The notes beneath the pieces were generated by a model. The model saw only the letters and a program-made list of their open reading frames with translations. It had not been told where the DNA came from and did not search any database. This document shows positions 7,643 to 16,786 of a stretch of DNA of 64,000 nt, one piece after another; the first letter of the stretch is position 1, and the number at the start of each line of letters is the position of its first letter. Both the position numbers and the translations under genes were made by a program. This DNA comes from Longimicrobiales bacterium (lineage in GTDB: Bacteria > Gemmatimonadota > Gemmatimonadetes > Longimicrobiales > Gaopeijiaceae), in contig CBDBCF010000001.1 of the NCBI GenBank assembly GCA_965202985.1, positions 2,368,001 through 2,432,000 on the forward strand, read 5' to 3'.

Positions 7643-10291
7643 ATGGCAACTCCCGCTCGCCGCCTTTCGCTTTCCTTCGGCCCGGCCCTGTGCGTCGCCC
7701 TGGCTCTGGCGTCCGCCTTGGCGCCGGTCCTGGCCTTCGCCGCCGTTGCCGCTCAGCAGCGTCGCGCCTACCCCGCCGCCGCTCACGGGGGGAACTACAT
7801 GCACAACTTCTACCTGCCGCCGGCCGCCGCCTCCACGCCCTGGTACCCGACGTGGCACCCGAGCGGCGAAACCCTGGCCGTGGCGATGAGCGGCTCGATC
7901 TGGGAGGTGGACCCTGCGACCGGAACGGCCACGGAGATCGTGCACGGCCCCAAGTACTACTCGTCGCCGACCTTTTCCCCCGACGGCGTTTGGCTGGCCT
8001 ACACCGCCGACGACAACGGACGCGCCATCGGGCTGGAGGTGCTGAACACTGCCACCGGCGAACGCCGTGTCCTGATCGACGACGAACACGTTTACGCGGA
8101 CCCCCGCTTCTCGCCGGACGGCGGACGGATCGCCTATGTGTCCACGGCCCCCAGCGGCTACTTCAACGTGTACGTCCGGCCCTTCGCGGACGGTCGCTGG
8201 ACAGGTTCCGCCGAAGCCGTGACCAGCGACAACTCGTTCGGTCGCGATCGCTTGTACTTCGGGTCGTGGGACATGCACATCTCGCCCGCATGGCTTCCGA
8301 ACGGGAGCGAACTGCTGCTGGTGTCCAACCGGGACGTGGCCCTGGGCAGCGGCAACGTCTACCGCGTGCCCGCGCGGGCCGGGGGCATCGACGAGCGACA
8401 GGAAGTCCTGGACGAACAGACCCTCTACCGCACGCAACCCGACGTGGCCTACGACGGCAAGCGCTTCGTGTATTCGTCCACTTCCGGGGCCGCCGACCAG
8501 TTCCAGAACTTGTACGTCCAGCCCACCGTCGGGGGCGAGCCGTACAAGCTGACGTTCTTCCAGCACGACGCCTTTCATCCGCGCTGGTCGCCGGACGCGG
8601 AATGGATCGCGTTCGTGGCCAACGAGGGCGGATTACCCCAGTTGCACCTGCTCGAGACCAACGGCGGCGCCTTGCGCAAGATCGAGATGCGGGAACGACG
8701 CTGGGCCAGGCCCACGGGAGTCCTGTCGGTGACAACCACGCTGGCGACCGGCGGCCCTTCGGCGGAAGCCGTGGCCAGCCGCGTGCACTTGACGGCGTCC
8801 GACGGCAAGTTCTACGCCCCGGTGGACGCATATGCCCGAGTCAGCCGCGCCGGCGACCGGATCTTTCACCACCCGGGCAGCTTCACGGTGGAGCTGCCCG
8901 TAGGCTTGGCCGAGCTGACGATCGTCCGCGGGTTCGAGACCGTGCCGGCTACGTTCGAGGCCGAGATCGAGGCGGGCGACACGACCACGGTGGAAGTCGC
9001 GCTGGAAGAACTGTCGGACGTGTCGGACGAAGGCTGGTTCTCCGGCTCCACGCATGTGCACATGAACTACGCCGGCAACTTGCGCAACACGCTGTCCAAC
9101 CTGATGGCGATGTCGGCGGCCGAGGACCAGGACGTCGTGAACGAGCAGGTCGCCAACAAGGACAACCGCGTGCTGGACCACCAGTACTGGCTGCCCGGCG
9201 GCGGCCCGCATCCGCTGTCCGAGCCCGATCGCGTGCTCGTCGTGGGACAGGAGTATCGTCCGCCGTTCTACGGCCACGTCTTCATGTTCGGACACCGGGA
9301 CCACCTGATTTCGCCCTACGCCACCGGCTACGAAGGCACGGCGATCGAAAGCCTGTACCCGAGCAACACCGACATGCTGCGCAAGGCCAAGGCCCAAGGC
9401 GCCACGACCGGATACGTGCACTCTTTCTACAACGGCGATCCGCTGGACGGGAACCTGGGCGGCGCCAAGGGGTTCGTCGTGGACGCTGCGCTGGCGGCCG
9501 CGGACGCGGTGGAATGGTCCACGCCCCAGGACGGTTGGCCGCCCTTGTACGCAGTGTGGAGCAACGGCATCCGCACCGCGGTCGTGGGCGGCGAGGACTC
9601 GATATCCAGCCTGCACGCCACGCCGCTCGTGGGCTCGATGCGGACGTACGTGCGGACGCCCGACGGCTCGCTGTCGATGGAAGGGTGGTTCCGGGGGCTG
9701 CGCGAGGGCCGAGCCTACGTGAGTTCGGGGCCGCTGCTGGAGTTCGCGGTGGCCGGCCAGGGGCCCGGAGGCCAGGTGGAGCTGGACGCGCCGGGGCAGG
9801 TTGCGGTGCGGGCGCGCGTGTGGAGCATCGTGCCGCTGGCGCGCGCCGAGCTGGTGTGGAACGGCGAAGTGGTGCAAAGCTGGGAGTTCGCCGGCGACCG
9901 GAAGACGCTGACCGTGGACGAGCGGCTGGACGTGCCCGGCAGCGGCTGGGCGCACCTTCGGGTCGAGGGTTATCCCGAGGAGCGCTGGCCTCTGGACACC
10001 ACGTATCCCCAAGCGTTCACGAACCCTGTGTGGATGCAGGTGGCGGGCCGGCCCGTGCGGAGCGCCGAAGCCGCCAGCTACGCGATTCGCTGGATCGACA
10101 AGCTGGAGGCGATGGCCCGCGAGTGGCCCGGCTGGCGGTCGGAACGCGAGAAGGCGCACGTGTTCGGGCAGTTCGAGGAGGCGCGGGAGGTGTATCGGCG
10201 GCGTGGGGCGGAAGCGACGGGGCCGGGCGGGGGGCGCGACCCGGGCGGGGGCAGGTCGCGCGAACGGCGAAGTGGCGACGGGAGCGGCTAG
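7643..10291 (+). CDS. Secreted TolB-like (PD40) beta-propeller plus CehA/McbA-family PHP metallohydrolase
   Basis: Signal peptide; repeated PxWSPDG/PxFSPDG motifs; C-terminal GSTHVHMNY, GQEYR, GGEDS and AFTNPVW. Start chosen at ATG 7643. Confidence 0.8.
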   Translation: MATPARRLSLSFGPALCVALALASALAPVLAFAAVAAQQRRAYPAAAHGGNYMHNFYLPPAAASTPWYPTWHPSGETLAVAMSGSIWEVDPATGTATEIVHGPKYYSSPTFSPDGVWLAYTADDNGRAIGLEVLNTATGERRVLIDDEHVYADPRFSPDGGRIAYVSTAPSGYFNVYVRPFADGRWTGSAEAVTSDNSFGRDRLYFGSWDMHISPAWLPNGSELLLVSNRDVALGSGNVYRVPARAGGIDERQEVLDEQTLYRTQPDVAYDGKRFVYSSTSGAADQFQNLYVQPTVGGEPYKLTFFQHDAFHPRWSPDAEWIAFVANEGGLPQLHLLETNGGALRKIEMRERRWARPTGVLSVTTTLATGGPSAEAVASRVHLTASDGKFYAPVDAYARVSRAGDRIFHHPGSFTVELPVGLAELTIVRGFETVPATFEAEIEAGDTTTVEVALEELSDVSDEGWFSGSTHVHMNYAGNLRNTLSNLMAMSAAEDQDVVNEQVANKDNRVLDHQYWLPGGGPHPLSEPDRVLVVGQEYRPPFYGHVFMFGHRDHLISPYATGYEGTAIESLYPSNTDMLRKAKAQGATTGYVHSFYNGDPLDGNLGGAKGFVVDAALAAADAVEWSTPQDGWPPLYAVWSNGIRTAVVGGEDSISSLHATPLVGSMRTYVRTPDGSLSMEGWFRGLREGRAYVSSGPLLEFAVAGQGPGGQVELDAPGQVAVRARVWSIVPLARAELVWNGEVVQSWEFAGDRKTLTVDERLDVPGSGWAHLRVEGYPEERWPLDTTYPQAFTNPVWMQVAGRPVRSAEAASYAIRWIDKLEAMAREWPGWRSEREKAHVFGQFEEAREVYRRRGAEATGPGGGRDPGGGRSRERRSGDGSG

Positions 10292-10364
10292 TGTTCGACG
10301 CGAAGCGCGGGGCTTGGCTGGGGGCGTCGGTCCTTCGGTCACGCGTTTCGTCGGATGATGCACT

Positions 10365-10392
10365 TTGACTGCAAACATACTCATGTCATACT
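10365..10392 (+). promoter_or_regulatory. Putative sigma70 promoter (TTGACT-N16-CATACT with extended TGn)
   Basis: AT-rich patch ttgactgcaaacatactcatgtcatact upstream of the next gene. Confidence 0.35.
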
Positions 10393-10403
10393 CAGTCCAC
10401 GAA

Positions 10404-11792
10404 ATGCGAGTGCATTCGGTTGGGCGATGCCCCGGGCGACAAAGCCGGTGCCCCGCGCGACGGTGCCGGTGCCCCGGGCGACGGTGCCGGCGAATCGCGC
10501 ACTTCGCATCAGCGGTTCGGCTCGGGATCGTGGCCTCGTCTGCGGTCGCCGCCTCGCCGGCGCTTTCGGCGTTGGAGCCGGCTTTCTCGGCGCTGGAAGC
10601 AGCGGCGGCTCAGGCTCGCCAGTCGCCGGCGATCTCGGGGCGGGTGGTGGACCTGGCCACGGGAGACGGCGTGGAGGGCGCCGTCGTTTCGCTTGTGCGC
10701 TTGGCGGGAGTTCGGCGGGCTGCGAGCGAAACCGTCTCCGGCCCCGCAGGGCAGTTTCGGTTCGCCGAGGCGCGGGTGGGCGAGTACGAAGTGGAGGTCG
10801 AGCACGTCGCCTACGGTGCGTTCGTGGACACGCTGGTGCTTGCGGAGGGCGAACGGATCGCGTTGCGGGTCGTGCTGTCCCAGACGGCCATTGCCTTGGA
10901 GCCCCTGGTGGTGGAAGCGGTCGGCGCCGAGACCAGACGGACGCGCGCACAGGGGACCGCGCCTCGCCGGCTGACGGCGGAGCAGCTGGCCCCGGTGGCC
11001 AGAACCGGCGTCCACTTGGTGGATGCGCTGGCTCGCCTGATGCCGGGGATGCGCGCCCGGAGCGGACGAAGCCAGCCGGGGGAGCTCGTGTGCTTGGAGT
11101 TCCGCAGCCCCGCTAGTCTGTCCGACTTCGGTTGCCTTGCGCCCGTGGTTGTGGTCGACAACGTGCGGCAAGCCAACGGCCTGATCACGCTGAACACCTT
11201 GCCGATCGACAACGTGCGCAGCGTGGAGGCCGTCCCCCCGGGAGAGGCCGGGGTCCGCTACGGCGCCGACTCGCGCTACGGCGTCGTCGTGATCGAGACG
11301 TGGTCGAGAGCGCCAACGGCCGAAGAGCCCGGGCGGCTTCCGGGCGCGCTGTACGACTGGTCCCTGGAGTCGGAGCCGTATCCGTGGACGCGGGTTCTGG
11401 GCGTGGCGGCGGCAAGCAATGCGGCGGGTCTCCTGGTCGGGTACGCAGCCTCCAAGTCCTGCTTGGACTTCGACGACCTGACCCGCCACTTCTCCGGGGC
11501 GCGGTGCGGCTTCTGGGGCAACTCGGGTGCCCGGCTGATGCTGTACGTGGTCCCGCAGGCCGGCGTGGGCTGGGCCGCGAGCCGGGCGGGCGCGACCGAC
11601 CTGTCCAGGGGCAGCCCGTGGAAGAACGCCGTTGCCGCCGCCGTCATGGCGTTGCCCGGGATGGTGCTTGCCCTGACCAACGACGAGGACGGATTCGCGG
11701 GATCGAAGGCGCTGGGGCTGACGATGGCCACCGTGGGAGCGCCCGCGGCCGCCGCCCTCGCGGACCGGCTGTTTCGTCGCACCGTTCGCTAG
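10404..11792 (+). CDS. Carboxypeptidase-regulatory-like domain plus TonB-plug-like domain with hydrophobic C-terminus
   Basis: ISGRVVDLATGDGVEGAVVSL...GEYEVEVEHVAY; plug-like PVVVVDNV...VRSVEAV...GVRYG...GVVVIET. Start uncertain. Confidence 0.65.
   Translation: MRVHSVGRCPGRQSRCPARRCRCPGRRCRRIAHFASAVRLGIVASSAVAASPALSALEPAFSALEAAAAQARQSPAISGRVVDLATGDGVEGAVVSLVRLAGVRRAASETVSGPAGQFRFAEARVGEYEVEVEHVAYGAFVDTLVLAEGERIALRVVLSQTAIALEPLVVEAVGAETRRTRAQGTAPRRLTAEQLAPVARTGVHLVDALARLMPGMRARSGRSQPGELVCLEFRSPASLSDFGCLAPVVVVDNVRQANGLITLNTLPIDNVRSVEAVPPGEAGVRYGADSRYGVVVIETWSRAPTAEEPGRLPGALYDWSLESEPYPWTRVLGVAAASNAAGLLVGYAASKSCLDFDDLTRHFSGARCGFWGNSGARLMLYVVPQAGVGWAASRAGATDLSRGSPWKNAVAAAVMALPGMVLALTNDEDGFAGSKALGLTMATVGAPAAAALADRLFRRTVR
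10428..10491. repeat. 21-bp tandem repeat x3
   Basis: tgccccgggcgacaaagccgg / tgccccgcgcgacggtgccgg / tgccccgggcgacggtgccgg. Confidence 0.8.
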
Positions 11793-11857
11793 CCTTACTT
11801 TGCGGCGCGTGCGGCCCACCGGTCGCCTGGTCGTAACCCCACACAAAAGGAGGACTC

Positions 11858-12364
11858 GTGTCGGCCAAGAGCTACGTAGCGGCGCTGGACCACGTCGTCG
11901 CCGGATCGAAGGCGCTTCTGGAAGCGGTTCCCGACGACCGGATGGACTGGCAGCCGCACGAACGATCCTGGACGCTGGGCAAGCTGGCCAGCCACGTGGC
12001 CAACATCCCCAGCTGGACCCAGGCCACGATGGCGATGTCCCGGTTCGACATCGCCGGCGACGGCAGCGACGCCCCCGCCCAGCCCGAGTACCGTTCCAGC
12101 GCCGAGCTGGTGGCCGCCCTGGAGAAGAACGCCGCCGTGGCGCGCGGCCTGATCGAGAACGCCTCGGACGAAGAGTTCGCCGCGCCGTGGACGATGCTCG
12201 TGGGCGGAGAGGAGCGCTTCACGATGCCCAAGGGCGCCGTCCTGCGCGGCTTCATCCTGGACCACCTGATCCACCACCGCGCCCAGCTCGGCGTCTACCT
12301 GCGCCTCCTGGACGTGCCCGTTCCCCAGACCCTGGGACCGACCGCCGACTTCCCGGAGATGTAG
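11858..12364 (+). CDS. DinB/YfiT family protein
   Basis: WQPHERSWTLGKLASHVA and HLIHHRAQLGVYLR; GAGGA RBS. Confidence 0.9.
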   Translation: MSAKSYVAALDHVVAGSKALLEAVPDDRMDWQPHERSWTLGKLASHVANIPSWTQATMAMSRFDIAGDGSDAPAQPEYRSSAELVAALEKNAAVARGLIENASDEEFAAPWTMLVGGEERFTMPKGAVLRGFILDHLIHHRAQLGVYLRLLDVPVPQTLGPTADFPEM

Positions 12365-12372
12365 GCCGCCCC

Positions 12373-13068
12373 GTGGACCCGGACCGCTTTTCGCTCCTGA
12401 CCTTCGACTGCTACGGCACGCTGGTCGACTGGGAGACGGGAATCCTGGACGCCGCGCGCCCCGTCTGTCGGGCTCACGGCGCGGACCCCTCCGACGCCCA
12501 GGTGCTGTCGGCGTTCGCCGCGGCCGAACACGTCGCGCAAGGCGGCCCCTACCGCTCCTACCGCGACGTGCTGGCGGACACCTTCCGTCGCATGGGCGGC
12601 GCGCTGGGGTTCCGCCCGAGCCGCCGAGAACAAGAGGCGTTCGCGGGTTCGCCCGGTCGCTGGCCCGTCTTCCCCGACACCGTCGAGGCCCTGGACCAGC
12701 TGGCCCGCCGCTACCACCTGGGGATCGTGTCGAACGTGGACGACGACCTCTTCGCGGAGACGCAGCTTCGGCTCGGGATCGAGTTCGACTGGGTGGTGAC
12801 CGCCCAGCAGGTGCGAAGCTACAAGCCGGCCCCCCAGCACTTTGACGAGATGGCGGCTCGGTCGAAGGTCCCCCGCGAGCGGACCCTGCACGTGGCGCAG
12901 AGCCTGTTCCACGACATCGCGCCCGCATCCGAGCTGGGCTACGCCACCTTGTGGGTGAACCGTGCGAGCCGGGTGCCGGGGGGCGGGGCGACTCCGCCGG
13001 CGGATGCGCGGCCGGATGGCGAGGTGGGGGACATGGCGGGGGTGGCGGGGTTGTTGGGGGTGGGCTGA
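12373..13068 (+). CDS. HAD-superfamily haloacid dehalogenase type II-like hydrolase
   Basis: FDCYGTLVDWE, SNVD, YKP, HVAQSLFHD. Confidence 0.9.
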   Translation: MDPDRFSLLTFDCYGTLVDWETGILDAARPVCRAHGADPSDAQVLSAFAAAEHVAQGGPYRSYRDVLADTFRRMGGALGFRPSRREQEAFAGSPGRWPVFPDTVEALDQLARRYHLGIVSNVDDDLFAETQLRLGIEFDWVVTAQQVRSYKPAPQHFDEMAARSKVPRERTLHVAQSLFHDIAPASELGYATLWVNRASRVPGGGATPPADARPDGEVGDMAGVAGLLGVG

Positions 13069-13071
13069 GGG

Positions 13072-13302
13072 GTGGAGCAGCGAGCAAACTCCCCGGATCT
13101 TCCCATCGGCACCCGTGTCGTCTACCGGGACGACCCCGGGATGCTTGGCCAAGTTATTGGTGGTCCTCGCATCCGAAACAATCGAAAAAAGTACCGCGTT
13201 CGTTGGGATCGCGGCACGGAGGGTTGGTACCCGGCCCGTGACCGTCAAGTCCACGCGGGCGCTTGGGATCGGGAGGTAGCACATGCAGACTACGAGCTAT
13301 AG
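13072..13302 (+). CDS. Small SH3/Tudor-like hypothetical protein (possibly a gene remnant)
   Basis: IGTRVVYRDDPGMLGQVI...KYRVRWD beta-rich pattern; overlaps the start of the DUF262 gene. Confidence 0.4.
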   Translation: MEQRANSPDLPIGTRVVYRDDPGMLGQVIGGPRIRNNRKKYRVRWDRGTEGWYPARDRQVHAGAWDREVAHADYEL

Positions 13303-15001
13303 CCTTCGTAGCCTGCTAGATGCTGTGCAGGCTGGTCGGCTTACGATACCGAGATTCCAGCGGCAGTTTATCTGGAAGGAAGCAGATGTGCGACGCCTTG
13401 TGGACTCGATAGCCCGCTCCTATCCAGTGGGCTCGCTGCTGCTTCTCGAAAAGAATCCAGCACTACAGCTCGCGTCGCGCAGAATTGAGGCGGAGCTTCG
13501 CGAAGCGGACGACTTGGACCCGGCCGATCCTTCGGCTGGGATAGATGCGGACTCCTATATTCTTGACGGGCAGCAGCGAATCACGTCCCTCACTCGCGTA
13601 TTCATGAACGCAGGCCTGAGGGTGGCGTACTATTTTGACTTGAAGGCCATTCTTGAAGAATTCGATTCGGAGTCACTTGACTGGATCAGAACGAGGCGTC
13701 GCAAGACCCGACCTGATCGAATCGAGGGCAACAGGCTATTGCGTGCCGATCTAGTGCTTGACCAGAAGAAGGCCAGTATATATGTCAATGAATACATTGA
13801 GGATTCACCCGATTTTGCCGATTGCAATCGTGACCGCAAGTGGGAAGCAATCGCAGAAATCAATGGTATCTTTGAGACCATAAGAAGATATAAGATCCCT
13901 GTTGTGACACTTGAGCAGGACCGCGGCATCGAAGCGATCTGCCGGGTGTTTGAGACGATCAACAGCACGGGCACTAGACTTAGCACATTTGATCTTGCAG
14001 TTGCTAGATTCTTCCCGAATCCAGACTTGCGAGAACTATGGGAACAGACACTCGTAGACTATCCTATACTGCAGCAATTTGGGGTCAACGGCGAAAGAGT
14101 ACTGCAGGTATTGTACTTGGTGATTGCTACCCGAGATGGTCGGTCTGCTGAACTGTCACGAGGGACACTGCTGGCATTGCCGCCGGACCGATTAGCGAAG
14201 AACTGGGAGTGGTCGGTAAGTATGCTCGCGAGCACATACGAGTGGGCGAGGGCGCAGGGAGCACGTCCCAAATCGTCTGGAGGCCCAGGCACTTTGCCCA
14301 ATACCATGATTCTCGTCGCCATCGCCGCCGTTAAGGCTTTGCACAGACCAAACGAGGAAGTATTTGCTGATCTTGATTTTATGCGTAGATGGTATTTTAG
14401 TCAGATTCTGCAAAAAGGTTATTCGTCTCGCGCATCGAACTATCAGATAGGCTTGTTTTTCAATGCGTTGAAGATGTACGTTCGCGAGGGAATTGTTCCA
14501 CCAGTTCGAGACGTTGCCGAATTGAGTGTGGACGATATCCGGAGACTCAGGCCAGCAGACGTAAGGTACAAGGTACTGCAGAACATATTTGCCATGTCGG
14601 TACGACAGGACTTGTTGACCGGTGATATGATTACTTCCGAATCCGATCTCGATGATCACCATATCTATCCATATAACGCGGTCAAGAAGCATGGACTTGA
14701 CAAGAATGTATTGAATTCGATCTGTAATCGCATTCCGATACTTGCTAGGACAAACCGTTCACTTGGAGAAGGATATCCTCACGAATACTTTGGCAGTTTA
14801 GCCGAGAGGGCACGGGCGAGTGGGACGATAGACGGCCTAAGGCGACGACTTGGAGATTGCATGATACCGGGGGACCCGAAGGAACCTGATTGGCCCAATC
14901 GCTTCTTGATCGAGAATGTTGATGATTTTATGCGTGAGCGATCCGAATTGATTCGACATCGGGTGAAAGAAATAATCGGCACGGCGTTGCAAGGGGACTA
15001 A
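13283..15001 (+). CDS. DUF262 (ParB-like) plus HNH domain protein, GmrSD-like modification-dependent restriction nuclease
   Basis: IPRFQRQFIW, LDGQQRITS, VFETINSTGTRL; C-terminal DDHHIYP...N...N; GGGAGG RBS; visibly lower GC than flanks. Confidence 0.85.
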   Translation: MQTTSYSLRSLLDAVQAGRLTIPRFQRQFIWKEADVRRLVDSIARSYPVGSLLLLEKNPALQLASRRIEAELREADDLDPADPSAGIDADSYILDGQQRITSLTRVFMNAGLRVAYYFDLKAILEEFDSESLDWIRTRRRKTRPDRIEGNRLLRADLVLDQKKASIYVNEYIEDSPDFADCNRDRKWEAIAEINGIFETIRRYKIPVVTLEQDRGIEAICRVFETINSTGTRLSTFDLAVARFFPNPDLRELWEQTLVDYPILQQFGVNGERVLQVLYLVIATRDGRSAELSRGTLLALPPDRLAKNWEWSVSMLASTYEWARAQGARPKSSGGPGTLPNTMILVAIAAVKALHRPNEEVFADLDFMRRWYFSQILQKGYSSRASNYQIGLFFNALKMYVREGIVPPVRDVAELSVDDIRRLRPADVRYKVLQNIFAMSVRQDLLTGDMITSESDLDDHHIYPYNAVKKHGLDKNVLNSICNRIPILARTNRSLGEGYPHEYFGSLAERARASGTIDGLRRRLGDCMIPGDPKEPDWPNRFLIENVDDFMRERSELIRHRVKEIIGTALQGD

Positions 15002-15035
15002 ACGGAAATGTTGTGCAAGGTCCTATAGGGAGACC

Positions 15036-15803
15036 TCAAACCGAGTTCGCGATCCGATCCAGGAACTCCCGTTCGGCCTTGGTCAGGGTTTTGATGCCCT
15101 TGTCGGCGATCTTGGCGAGCAGCTTTTCGACCTCCTCGCGGTTCACCTCGTGGAGGCGGTCGGTGGGGATGCCGTGCCAGCGCGTCATGGGGTCCGGCTC
15201 TTTGTTGGCAGGCAGGTGAGAGTTGGTTTTTTCTTGGACGCGGACATTGCGGCGGCGCTCCCACGCCTTCAGGAAGACCCAGGCGGCCGCCACGCCGCCC
15301 AGGTGCGCAAAGTGCGCGACGCCGTCGCGGGCGCCCGAGAAGCCGGCGAAAAGGCTGGATGCCACCATGAACAGGGCAAGGATGCGGGCCTGGACCGGGA
15401 GGACGCCCCAGATGTAGATCTGCTCGCGGGGCCAGTACCGGGCGAACCCCAGCACGACGCCGAACACGGCGCCGGACGCGCCGATCATGGCTCCGAACGG
15501 CGCAAAGGGGAAGAAGGCCACGGCAACGACGGCGCCGGCGATGCCGCAAAGCAGGTAGAACCGAATGAAGATCGTGCTGCCCAGCCGCTCCTCCAGCCTG
15601 GGGCCGAAGAAGAAGAGCATGAGCATGTTGAAGAGGATGTGGGTGAACCCGGCGTGGAGGAACATGTACGTCAGGAGCGTCCAGGGCCGCGCCAGCGCCT
15701 GCGCAGGGGCGAATTCGAACCCCTGCACGATCGCCGGGGCGCCCTGCGCCAGCAGGAACACGAGCACGTTGGCCGCAAGCAGGCGCTTGACCCACGGCGT
15801 CAT
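15036..15803 (-). CDS. Rhomboid family intramembrane serine protease
   Basis: HILFNM, GASG, AHLGG; C-terminal EVEKLLAKIADKGIKTLTKAEREFL domain. Confidence 0.9.
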   Translation of the reverse strand: MTPWVKRLLAANVLVFLLAQGAPAIVQGFEFAPAQALARPWTLLTYMFLHAGFTHILFNMLMLFFFGPRLEERLGSTIFIRFYLLCGIAGAVVAVAFFPFAPFGAMIGASGAVFGVVLGFARYWPREQIYIWGVLPVQARILALFMVASSLFAGFSGARDGVAHFAHLGGVAAAWVFLKAWERRRNVRVQEKTNSHLPANKEPDPMTRWHGIPTDRLHEVNREEVEKLLAKIADKGIKTLTKAEREFLDRIANSV

Positions 15804-16786
15804 CAGCACGGCGCGCTTCCTCCCTCGCTGCCGGCGCCTGTAGGGAGGTCGGCCACGCCCCGGCGCCGTCGGGCCTCGACCTCGCCGGGCAAGAGGACCG
15901 ACCAGACGAAGGAGTTGACGGGCGTGGGCACGCCGCACTCGGCGCCCAGGCGCGCCACGGCCCCCGGCCAAGCTTCAAGCTCCGACGGGAGGCCGGCCGC
16001 GATGTCTCGTTGCAGCGACGACGTGCCGTCCGGGGGGAAGGAGCCGGCCATCGTCATGGCTTGCCGCACGGCGCCCTCGGGCAGGACTACGCCGCGGGCG
16101 GCGGCCAGCGCCACGACCTCTTCCATGGCGCGTCGGAGCAAGTCGCGGCTTTCGGGGACAGCGAGAACGGGGCCGAACGGCGCCCGGCAAGCCGCGCACA
16201 CGCTGCCCAGCGAGGACACGAACAAGAATTTGAACCAGAGCGCGGCGTCGATGTCCGGCGGGACCTCCGCCTCCACTCCGGCCTCGGTGAGCGCCGCCAC
16301 GAACGCCTGAACCCGAGGCGAAGCGCGGCCGTCCCACTCGGCGACGGCCACGTAGGGCTCCACGCCCATGTGATGGATCGCGCCGGGCGCCGAAACCTTG
16401 CTCATGATCCGCGTCAGCCCCTTGCCCGTCCGCTCGCGGCCCACGGCGGGCGACAGGACTTCGTGGGCGTCCACGCCGTTCAGCAGGGGGACCACCAGCG
16501 TGGCGGGTCCCAGCAGGGGGCCGATTCGGGCCGCCACCGCCGGCAGGTCGAACGACTTGACGGACACGACCACGATGTCGGCGGGGCCGATCTCGACCGG
16601 GTCGTCGCTGGCGGCCCCGGGAGAGACCTGGAAGGTGCCGCCGGGGGTGCGCACGCGAAGGCCGTCCGCACGGATCGCCGACAGATGGGAGCCGCGGGCC
16701 ACGACAGCGACCTCGCACCCCGCGCGGGCCAGCACGGCGGCGTAGTAGCCGCCCACGCCGCCCGCGCCGTAGAACGCTACCCTCAC
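15803..16786 (-). CDS. panE: 2-dehydropantoate 2-reductase (ketopantoate reductase)
   Basis: GAGGVGG, VKS, NG, WFKF, SSLQRD, ELE. Confidence 0.88.
   Translation of the reverse strand: MRVAFYGAGGVGGYYAAVLARAGCEVAVVARGSHLSAIRADGLRVRTPGGTFQVSPGAASDDPVEIGPADIVVVSVKSFDLPAVAARIGPLLGPATLVVPLLNGVDAHEVLSPAVGRERTGKGLTRIMSKVSAPGAIHHMGVEPYVAVAEWDGRASPRVQAFVAALTEAGVEAEVPPDIDAALWFKFLFVSSLGSVCAACRAPFGPVLAVPESRDLLRRAMEEVVALAAARGVVLPEGAVRQAMTMAGSFPPDGTSSLQRDIAAGLPSELEAWPGAVARLGAECGVPTPVNSFVWSVLLPGEVEARRRRGVADLPTGAGSEGGSAPC

Noticed and set aside
83..10384. Many long overlapping ORFs (e.g. 2467..4512 +, 4509..7073 +, 6904..10368 +, 8633..10384 -)
   Set aside because: Arg/Pro/Gly-rich shadow frames typical of high-GC DNA, overlapping better-supported genes.
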